A stretch of 8,164 nucleotides of DNA, taken from contig NW_021828516.1 of assembly GCF_006345805.1 (NCBI RefSeq), positions 1-8,164 of the forward strand, read 5' to 3'. The notes below the pieces were generated by a model. The model saw only the letters and a list, made by a program, of their open reading frames with translations. It ran no database searches and was not told the DNA's origin. Shown in pieces: positions 1-7,270 of the stretch. The position numbers and the translations under genes were made by a program. The stretch's first letter is position 1. Every line of letters starts with the position of its first letter. This DNA comes from Octopus sinensis. Taxonomy: Eukaryota.

Positions 1-1051
1 CCACGGGTTATGACCTGACTAGTCTTGCCGGTCTTCGGATGGTGTTTTTATGTGCCACCGACTCAGTGCCAGATGAGGCTGGCGAACGGCCACGATTGGA
101 TGGTGTTTGTTGCGTGCCCACAGCACGGAGGCCAGTCGATGCGGTACTGGCTACGGCCACGTTCGGATGGTTTTCTTGTGTGCCACCGGCACTGGTACCA
201 CAAGATACAAATTCCATTGATGTCATCTATTTTGATTTGATTTGATTTGATTTTCACTTGCCTCAACAGGTCTTCACAGGTCTTCACAAGTGTCACAAGA
301 AGGAGGAAGGTATGCACAGGTGGACTGACTACGTCCCAAGTAGGGCCACGGTTATGGCCTGACTAGTCTTTGCCGGGTCTTCGGTTGGTGTTTTTATGTG
401 CCACCGACACAGGTGCCAGATGAGGCTGGCGGACGGCCACGATCGGATGGTGTTTGTTACGTGCCACATCACAGAGGCCAGTCGATGCGGTACTGGCTAC
501 GGCCACGTTCGGATGGTTTTCTTGTGTGCCACCGGTACTGGTACCACAAAGATACAAATTCCATTGATGTTCATCTATTTTGATTTGGTTTGATTTGATT
601 TGATTTGATTTTGATTTTTTGATTTTCACTTGCCTCAACAGGTCTACACAAGTGTCACACACTTGCCTCAACAGGTCTTCACAAGTGTCTAAGTAGGAAG
701 TATGCACAGGTGTGACTGACTGACTACGTCGCCGGGTCTTCGGATGGTGTTTTTATGTGCCACCGACACAGGTGCCAGATGTGGCTGGCGAACGGCCACG
801 ATCGGATGGTTTTCTTGTGTGCCACCGGTACTGGAACCACAAAGATACAAATTCCATTGATGTTCATCTATTTTGATTTGGTTTGATTTTCACTTGCCTC
901 AACAGGTCTTCACAGTGTCACACGTGTCATACACTTGCCTCAACAGGTCTCCACAAGTGTCACACACTTGCCTCTGCTCAACAGGTCTTCACAAGTGTCA
1001 CACACTTGCCTCTGCCTCAACAGGTCTTCACAAGTGTCACACACTTGCCTC
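1..1051 (-). repeat. Tandem array (satellite-like) of three rearranged copies of an RTE-LINE ORF2-end/3'UTR segment
   Basis: Units start CCACGG(G)TTATG at 1 and 346; the third starts at 731 (GCCGGGTCTTCGG). On the minus strand each unit contains GAAGACC(C)GGCAA, similar to the RTE ORF2 end GAAAAGACCAGGCAG near 5629-5643. 255-275 CACTTGCCTCAACAGGTCTTC is a 20/21 reverse-complement match to 5757-5777. The GTGGCAC..AAAA.CACCATCCG subrepeats also occur at 5860-6060. No (GAT)n tail. Each unit has a variable (GATTT)n tract (about 231-254, 582-626, 871-890). Confidence 0.8.
892..1051. repeat. 33-39 bp minisatellite, consensus ACTTGCCTCAACAGGTCTTCACAAGTGTCACAC
   Basis: Copies start at 892, 933, 966 and 1004, with a partial copy at 1043. 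The same monomer occurs at 256 (one copy) and at 628 and 661 (two copies). Confidence 0.9.
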
Positions 1052-1291
1052 ATACATATATATATATTATATATATACATATACATATATATATATATAT
1101 ATATACATATACATATTATATATATACATACATATACATATACATATATATTATATAATATATATATCTATACATATATATACATATACATATATATATA
1201 CATATACATAATATATATATATCAATATACATATATATATATACATATACATATACATATATATATATATATACATATACATATACATATA
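1052..1291. repeat. Compound (AT)n/(ATAC)n microsatellite
   Basis: Seen directly; it generates the IYIY/HIHI ORFs. Confidence 0.97.
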
Positions 1292-1472
1292 CTCTTCTCT
1301 TTTACTTGTTTCAGCCATCCGGCTGAGGCCATGCTGGGGACCGCCCTTGTTGCTACCCTCTCTAAGTCCAGTTTGCCGTGGCTGGCCACTGATCTAAGAG
1401 AGAGTTTGTAGCTGCTGCCCTTAGGTTACCTTCGTACCTTGCAGTGGGTTCATCTGGGATCCCGGAAAGCAG

Positions 1473-1475
<3 letters not shown>
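1292..1475 (-). mobile_element. 5'-truncated CR1-type LINE 3' end (ORF2 C-terminus plus 3'UTR/tail)
   Basis: Minus-strand translation [37 protein letters not shown] (1475 to 1362) carries the PDEP...RAA.(S/T)NSL..Q motif I recall from invertebrate CR1 ORF2 C-termini. It is followed by GGCGGTCCCCAGCATGGCCTCAGCCGGATGGCTGAAACAAGTAAAAGAG, resembling the tail of abundant octopus SINEs (recalled). Flanked by (AT)n on both sides. Confidence 0.7.
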
Positions 1476-1536
<61 letters not shown>

Positions 1537-1564
1537 ATATATGTGTGTGTGTTGTGTGTGTGTG
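1476..1564. repeat. (AT)n followed by (GT)n microsatellite
   Basis: Seen directly. Confidence 0.97.
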
Positions 1565-1931
1565 AGCATCTTAGTTTTTCGAACAACTCTGATCATAAAT
1601 AAATCGTGGTTATTATGTATCTGTATCTATCTATACGTGTGTGTGTGTAGGTATAAAGTACGATTTATTCGCTTTCTGAACCGTTCGAAATCCGATGCAC
1701 ACACATACACACGAGAGTCAGTAGTCTTGTAGTTAAGGGGAAAGTACTCAAATATGTAATTTTCTTCGTGTAAAAGTACTTTCTTCTACAAGAACTTACT
1801 AGCGTAGCTTACGAAGTAATTTAACCAGCATTTTATATTAACATTTACAGTATTTTTGCTGGCTTTTACCAAGTGTTATTTGCGTGTTTTGAACATTTTC
1901 TGTTTCCCTACTTGGCGACAAGAATAATTAG

Positions 1932-2005
1932 TTTCCGTAAATGACGCACGCAGTCTCTATGTGGTTAGTTTAACTGTCAATGAAGTTTGTTGTTCAGGCG
2001 GAAAT
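1932..2005. promoter_or_regulatory. Possible promoter motif cluster (ETS/E2F-like and CRE-like)
   Basis: TTTCCG at 1932-1937, ATGACGCA at 1941-1948 and GGCGGAAA at 1997-2004, in unique sequence about 230-300 bp upstream of a consensus splice donor. Short motifs like these occur by chance. Confidence 0.2.
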
Positions 2006-2236
2006 AACCAGTTGGCAATATAACGTAGAAAAATAATTTTCTTCTTTGCTCAGTGATGTTTTCTAGGTCGACATTATGTACTAAATTAATCCTCATTGTA
2101 TATTAAATTTGTTCTGGTGACGGTAAACTATTGTAGTTATATACCGCATGACTACAAAATAACATTTTCCAAATTCAAACATTATTCTGCGAAGTCTTTC
2201 ATCGTTTAATTTGCAAACTTTCTTAATGGTCTTCTG

Positions 2237-2540
2237 GTAAGTAAAGCACTTTTGATTTCGAATTCATTACATATCCCACTGTGATCGATTTTTCCTTACG
2301 TTTTTTTTTTTCGAGGACGATAAAAATACGTACAGTAAGTAGTACAAGTGTCGATTCAAAATACTGATTACATTCTCACAAAAGAGTTGTGGCTATGTGT
2401 CTTAATATATGAAACAAAGAAAACATTTTTACCATTAGCAAATGCTCTTATTTTTCCATTATGCAAAAACTTCATGCCTACATAAAAACAAAAAATAAGA
2501 TTGCTCTTTTTCTCTCTCCTTTGCATTGTACGCTTTGCAG
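2237..2540 (+). other. Candidate 304-nt spliceosomal intron
   Basis: Donor CTG|GTAAGT at 2237. Pyrimidine tract CTCTTTTTCTCTCTCCTTTGC followed by TTTGCAG|CAG| (AG at 2539-2540, alternative AG at 2542-2543). An alternative donor ACA|GTAAGT lies at 2335. Confidence 0.35.
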
Positions 2541-2836
2541 CAGGTGCCCACAACCTACGAGTTGTATGCGTATCCTTGACAATATATTGATTTTATTCTT
2601 AGTACAAGGCAACAGCATTTGTGTAGACGATAGTATTAAACTAATACTTTGCCCTCCTTGCCAGTATTATTAAAACCCTTGAAGAGTAAAACAAAAGTCG
2701 ATTGCAACAAAAAGCATAAAAGGTTGAACTAAATTACCACAAGGCATTTAGTCCAGCTTTACTGCTTTTGTCTCTAACCTTCCTCAAAAATACAACTATA
2801 TGGGGTGAAGGAGTTGAACATAACTTCTAAAAGAGA

Positions 2837-2888
2837 AATAAAACTATTTTTTCTATTGCAAAATGTTTTGTTTTTGTTTTTATTTTCA
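2837..2888. promoter_or_regulatory. Candidate opposed polyadenylation signals
   Basis: Plus-strand AATAAA at 2837-2842 with a downstream GT/T-rich tract at 2865-2886. Minus-strand AATAAA (plus TTTATT at 2879-2884). Chance occurrence in AT-rich DNA is plausible. Confidence 0.25.
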
Positions 2889-2969
2889 AGACTGTCTGGC
2901 AAGGTTTCAAGAACTCTATTCCCTAATCCCCTCTAATCTTCACAAAAATTTCATTACTGATCCAAGATC

Positions 2970-3175
2970 TCAAACTTTAAAGAACGGAGAAAACACGGCA
3001 TTGGCCTTTCTCAGGAGTACTTGTAATTGATAGAATCGTAACAATTCTAGGGTTAACGAATAGGATCCGATCGATAACTCTTTTATGTAATTTACACCTT
3101 TTGGAACAGTATTATCCCATGTGCATTCTATAAATTTGAATCTTGTACTTATGAAAGAAATTAACCTCTCGTAGT
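2970..3175 (-). CDS. Candidate terminal coding exon of unknown product (DYERLISFISTRFKFIECTWDNTVPKG...FSPFFKV*)
   Basis: Minus-strand acceptor TTTTTCGTTTAAATTTTGTTTTGAGTTTATTTCAG|ACTAC (AG at plus 3177-3176), a frame open to TGA at 2972-2970, then AATAAA about 85 nt further on. No recognisable domain. Confidence 0.25.
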
Positions 3176-3228
3176 CTGAAATAAACTCAAAACAAAATTT
3201 AAACGAAAAATAATACGTCTGATTCATT

Positions 3229-3251
3229 TGCGCATGTACAAACGCGCGAAA
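3229..3251. promoter_or_regulatory. CpG-rich motif pair: NRF1-like TGCGCATG and canonical E2F site TTTCGCGC (minus)
   Basis: TGCGCATG at 3229-3236 and GCGCGAAA at 3244-3251, in a local CpG cluster within AT-rich DNA. Confidence 0.2.
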
Positions 3252-3273
3252 TCGTCTTTCCGATTGCGTTTTT

Positions 3274-3568
3274 TAAAAGACGTTCCAGTCACGACCATCT
3301 CATCTTTTTACAGTCCTTTCCGGATAGCTATTCCAGAAATCTGCCGGATGATTTAGTCTGAAAAATTAAAGATGGGATGTTGAAAACCTTTGATTTGCTG
3401 GATCAGAGATCTAGAGCTTAACTTCTTTCACCCAACATCCCAGAAATTACAATTTAGTTATTAAAATCCATCGAAATCTTAGGTATGAAAAATAAAAATG
3501 GGATTGCTATGGGTGGAATGATTTCGATCATAGGTCTGCTTGATCAGAGTTGATATAAACAAAATAAC
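3274..3568. mobile_element. Degenerate fold-back/MITE-like relic built from three related segments
   Basis: The reverse complement of 3274-3309 (AAAAAGATGAGATGGTCGTGACTGGAACGTCTTTT) aligns loosely with 3494-3530 (AAAAATGGGATTGCTATGGGTGGAATGATTTCGATCA) and with 3368-3395. 3396-3408 TGCTGGATCAGAG is a 12/13 match to 3537-3549 TGCTTGATCAGAG. No TSD identified. Confidence 0.35.
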
Positions 3569-3900
3569 TAGTGACAGATTCGTGTATGCATGTAATTACT
3601 GCTGTCTACCCAAACCTAGAAATAGCAGTAACGTCAATATATAAATTTCGTAGTTTAATTAATTCATATAAATATTGAAAACAAGCACTATTTGAGATAA
3701 ACCTGGGCGGAATTCTAATCGAATTGCTTCATTATAATCGGCTGCGACTTTACTTTTTGATAGTTCGATAATTTCTTTGGATTTGTTTTCAACGCGTAAA
3801 TAATTAGATTATGCGAGAAATGTTTAAAATTTTGTTCATCTTTGAACGTTTTTGACATGATTTTTGTTATTGTTTGTTTAATAAACTAGACTATTGCATA

Positions 3901-3921
3901 TGTGTGTGTGTGTGTGTGTGT
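3901..3921. repeat. (TG)10 microsatellite
   Basis: Seen directly. Confidence 0.95.
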
Positions 3922-4353
3922 ACGCAAATTATATTTTGTGTCTTGTGAAAAACATTTACCATAGAAAAACAAAAAAATAGGTATTAACGTTGTTCCCTGA
4001 TCTGCATGCATAAAGTAACGACTCTGTATTAATGTTTCTTTTTAGGGATTCTGTACTCTTTCAATAGTTTGTATGTAAAATATAACTAGTAGTATCCACG
4101 GAAATTTGCACGGATACAGTTAGTATGCACGTTAGTTGGAAGTTAAAAAAAAATCATGAAATATACGATGTCGTTTGAAGTTGCAGTTTGCTTGAATTAT
4201 AATCTTTTGATGGTGTAAAAGATTACCTGGTATAGAATATGAAGTTTTATGAGACTGTATATCTAGAAATGTTACAGTCTTTGTTAAACACTTATCTTTA
4301 ACTTTGAGCGTTATCTATTTTATTTCCATTTACGTCAAGAAGTAAACAATCTT

Positions 4354-4739
4354 GGGATCTTTTCGGTTTGAACGGCAGTTTTTAACATAATTTCTAGGTA
4401 ACTAAAAAATTTAAAACTTCGTATACTGGTAGAATGTGTTTATAAAACATCTTTTTCTCTTGGCTTTATCGAGAAAATTCTATAGTTTGTAAGATATTTG
4501 TTGTTTTTTTTCTTCAATTTCTGCAATTTCAACCAATCAATTACATCTATTGAGTTAAAAAACATTCTGTGCCGTATGAATATGTTCCTCGTTTAAGAAA
4601 CAGATTGGATTTACATTTGTGAAGAAAAAAAGATACCCTTCCCCCCAGCCCTAACCCTTCCCCCCAGCCCTAACCCTAACCCAGATTGAAATGCAATAGA
4701 TCGATACTAGGGTCATAATTTTCAAACCGAAAAGATCCC
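4354..4739. mobile_element. 386-bp non-autonomous DNA transposon (MITE), superfamily unassigned
   Basis: Perfect 19-bp TIRs GGGATCTTTTCGGTTTGAA (4354-4372) and TTCAAACCGAAAAGATCCC (4721-4739), flanked by the direct repeat AATCTT (4348-4353 and 4740-4745). No coding capacity. Confidence 0.9.
4635..4682. repeat. Telomere-like CCCTAA repeats within a 19-bp tandem duplication; G-quadruplex-capable on the minus strand
   Basis: (ACCCTTCCCCCCAGCCCTA)x2 plus ACCCTAACCC. The minus strand has eight runs of three or more G. Confidence 0.85.
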
Positions 4740-4983
4740 AATCTTGAATATGGAATTAAACCGAAGACATAATATAGTTATGTTATGACTCTGGTACTGT
4801 ACTACTGCATTATTGGTAAAGCTTCCACAAATACTAATACGTTGCATTACATTCGTATCAGACGATAGTTCATAGATTTGAATTCACAGTCCTATTCAAT
4901 GTTGTCAAATTGTCACGCTTAGCTGTCAATTGTTATCCACCCCTTGCCTCATCAGAAAAGTTACACCAATATACGCGCAAGTA

Positions 4984-5037
4984 TGGGTTCAAGATTAAAA
5001 AGTTCACTTCAAAACCATATGGTTCCTAGTTCATTCT
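4984..5037 (+). mobile_element. Possible degenerate tRNA-derived SINE head fragment
   Basis: AAAAGTTCACTTCAAAACCATATGGTTCCTAGTTCATTCT resembles a recalled octopus SINE head (AAGAAGCTTGCTTCCCAACCACATGGTTCCGGGTTCAGTCCC) with a B-box-like GTTC motif. It ends at a (GT)n tract. Confidence 0.3.
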
Positions 5038-5098
5038 GTGTGTGTGTGTGTAATATATATATATATATATATATATATTTTACATACATATATATATA

Positions 5099-5146
<48 letters not shown>

Positions 5147-5177
5147 TTATACATATATATATATACATATATATATA
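5037..5177. repeat. (GT)n then (AT)n microsatellite
   Basis: Seen directly. Confidence 0.97.
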
Positions 5178-5653
5178 TTACCTCTGCTGGTGACTAAAGC
5201 CTCTCGCTCAGAGTAAAAGGCAGACTGTATGATGCATGTGCACGAACAGCCATGCTACATGGCAGTGAAACATGGGCCGTGACTGCTGAGGACATGCGTA
5301 AGCTCGCGAGAAATGAAGCCAGTATGCTCCGATGGATGTGTAATGTCAGTGTGCATGCTCGACAGAGCATTAGTACCCCGAGAGAAATGTTGGACCTAAG
5401 GAGCATCAGTTGTGGTGTGCAAGAGAGCCGATTGCGCTGGTATGGTCATGTGGCGAGAATAGATGAAGATAGGTGTGTGAAAAAGTGCCAATCCCTAGCA
5501 GTTGAGGGAACTCGTGGAAGAGGTAGACCCAGGAAAACTTGGGACGAGGTGGTGAAGCACGACCTTCGAACTTTAGGTCTCATTGAGGAAATGACCAGCG
5601 ACCGAGACCTTTGGAAATATGCTGTGCGTGAAAAGACCAGGCAGGACAAGTGA
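5178..5653 (+). pseudogene. RTE ORF2 (reverse transcriptase polyprotein) C-terminal fragment with a frameshift
   Basis: LPLLVTK (from 5178) is in one frame. After an apparent 1-nt deletion near 5197-5200 the reading continues LSLRVKGRLYDACARTAMLHGSETW...EKTRQDK* to TGA at 5651-5653. The track's Met at 5252 is internal. Confidence 0.88.
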
Positions 5654-5825
5654 GTCCAGCCCACTTATGCATGCCTTTCCTCCCTGTTGAGGCAAGCGAA
5701 GTCGATATCGAACCTCATCCGACGACAGGCACCTATGCCTACACCCCTTTGCTTGCGAAGACCTGTTGGGGCAAGTGAAATCGGAATCGAAATTGAACCA
5801 ATCCTATGACTGGCACCCGGCAGAT

Positions 5826-6060
5826 GCCAGGACCCCTGGACTGGAGATATGTAAAAAGCACTATCCGGATCATGGCCGATGCCAGCGCCGCCTCGACTGG
5901 CTTCCATGTCGGTGGCACGTAAGAAGCACCATCCGAATCGTGGCCGAAGCCAGTGCCGCCTCGACTGGCTTCCGTGCAGGTGGCATGTAAAATGCACCAA
6001 TCCGACCGTGGCCGATGCCAGCCTCGCCTGGCACCAGTGCAGGTGGCACGTAAAAAGCAC
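5826..6060 (+). repeat. 68-bp tandem subrepeats in the RTE 3'UTR, each with a GCCAG...CTGGC stem
   Basis: GCCAG starts at 5881, 5949 and 6017 (period 68), with a degenerate copy at 5826. Shared GTGGCA(C/T)GTAA.AAGCACC.ATCCG motif. Confidence 0.85.
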
Positions 6061-6228
6061 CCACTACACTCACAAAGTGGTTGGCGTTAGGAAGGGCATC
6101 CAGCTGTAGAAACATTGCCAGATAAGACCGGAGCCTGGTGCAGCCTTCTGGCTTCCCAGATCCCCGGTCGAACCGTCCAACCCATGCTAGCATGGAGAAC
6201 GGACGTTAAACGATGATGATGATGATAT

Positions 6229-7270
6229 TGTTGTGAATGGTCAGGGACACTTCTGTGACCTACTTTTCTTAGGGAGGAGTCTGGAAGTCTGGAATAAAAA
6301 GTTATAGCCCTTTGTTTTGGGAAGAGTAATGGCTTTTGGAAGGACCTTTGGCCTTGTGTCGGTCGAGAAGGGGTCAGAGAGATGTGAGGGCCAAGGAAGA
6401 CAGAGTAAGGAATCTGGGGAGCCTGTCGTGAGAGAATGACAGTGACAGCGTCGATGAAGACAGGCAGATAGGGCCAAGCGGCGATAGAGAGAATATTAGC
6501 AGTGCTAGGGGAGATTGGGGGTGGTGAGAGAGCAAGAGGTTTTGGCAGTCGGTATTTGGTCGTCAAAGCGAGCGGTCGGACTTAGGAGCGAGGATTTGGG
6601 ATTCGGGGCAAGAGTTTGGCAAGTTGGAGTTAGCGGTACTGAGAGAGATGAGGTGCAATATGGGACACTGGCTATTCTAGTAGGAATTAAGGTATGTGAA
6701 TTGTGTATTGATATGTGAAGAAAAAGAAGGAAAAAGAATCGATGTATCGAAATGTTGAAAAGAAATGAGACAGTGAAAAAAACAATGTGAATTGTGTACA
6801 GAGTTGTTGAAGAGAGAACTGTGTAATGAACATTGTATATGCCTTTAATGTGATTTGAAATAGAACTGTGTCTCCGGATGTGTACTCTTCAATTGCTGTT
6901 GTTATTGAACTTGATGTGTTGTTACCGGACTGTTATATTGTATCTGCATGTTTAAATGCTTTGATCTGTGGTATACCTGTATGATGTATTGAGTTGTTAC
7001 TTGCATGTCCTCTTTTAAATGTATCTGATGTATTTTACATTGTATTTGATGTTGTAACAATTGTAATAGTCATATAAACTAGTTGTTAAATGTGAGCCAG
7101 TTGCCTTGCCTCTTTGTGTCTCAGTCGATTGCCTCTGTGCTGCTGCTGCTGTTGTTGTTGTATTTCTCTCTCCTCTCCGAGTTTCCGTGGCGAATATTCG
7201 CTGCATTGAACGGGCCTGTGTGAGGGATTCCGTAACAGCTTTAGTTTGAAACGGAGGTCCCCTCGTAACA
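6229..7270. mobile_element. 1042-bp solo-LTR-like insertion (possibly Gypsy or BEL)
   Basis: Begins TGTTGTGAATGG and ends CCTCGTAACA (TGTT...AACA). ATAT lies on both sides (6225-6228 and 7271-7274). Strong strand asymmetry (G/T-rich on plus), no recognisable retroelement protein. The TSD is weak evidence because the right flank is (AT)n. Confidence 0.5.

Larger units (their letters stand above)
5178..6226 (+). mobile_element. 5'-truncated RTE-clade LINE: ORF2 C-terminus, 3'UTR and (GAT)5 tail
   Basis: RTE-type C-terminal motifs LHGSETW, RLRWYGHVAR and GTRGRGRPRKTW. The 3'UTR ends GGCGTTAGGAAGGGCATCCAGCTGTAGAAAC...CATGGAGAACGGACGTTAAAC(GAT)5 (tail 6212-6226). Short tandem-repeat tails are typical of RTE. 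Confidence 0.92.

Noticed and set aside
8-707. Multiple 60-115 aa ORFs in the left array
   Set aside because: They occur on both strands of repeat-derived 3'UTR sequence, differ by indels between units and show no domain motifs.
892-1051. CRISPR-like array (about 33-bp palindromic repeats)
   Set aside because: Repeats are contiguous with no unique spacers, there are no cas genes, and the context is eukaryotic. The 66-68-bp subrepeats likewise have homologous, not unique, intervening sequence.
1352-1411. Imperfect pre-miRNA-like hairpin (GCTAC..CTCTCT...AGAGAG..GTAGC)
   Set aside because: Several bulges and internal loops, it overlaps CR1 ORF2 coding sequence, and I recognise no known mature miRNA.
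873-1732. ORFs 873-1211, 883-1158, 935-1411, 1362-1586 and 1439-1732 with IY/HI/YT repeats
   Set aside because: Translations of (AT)n/(ATAC)n and the 33-bp array, which lack stops by composition. Only the last 37 codons of 1362-1586 are meaningful (CR1 ORF2 end).
4046-4070. 25-nt plus-strand micro-exon (TTTTTAG|...|GTATGT)
   Set aside because: Weak donor context (TTT|GT), length not a multiple of three and no supporting partner exons; expected by chance in T-rich DNA.
4635-4682. True telomere or chromosome-fusion scar
   Set aside because: Only a few variant units, enclosed within MITE TIRs, so they are element cargo.
4944-5216. ORF 4944-5216 and antisense ORFs 5194-5406, 5446-5664, 5665-6060, 7742-7933 and 7745-7957
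   Set aside because: Microsatellite read-through or antisense shadows of the LINE fragments. Only their LINE-derived ends (LPLLVTK; VRGLVKP...) are informative.
6087-6566. 159-aa minus ORF with a poly-His stretch, and 6241-6477
   Set aside because: The long ORF crosses the boundary between two unrelated elements, and the His run is the antisense (GAT)5 tail. No gag, pol or tyrosine-recombinase motif is seen in either.
6981-7028. Box C/D snoRNA-like ATGATGT...CTGA
   Set aside because: Imperfect C box, only about 48 nt long, no terminal stem, and inside the LTR-like insert.
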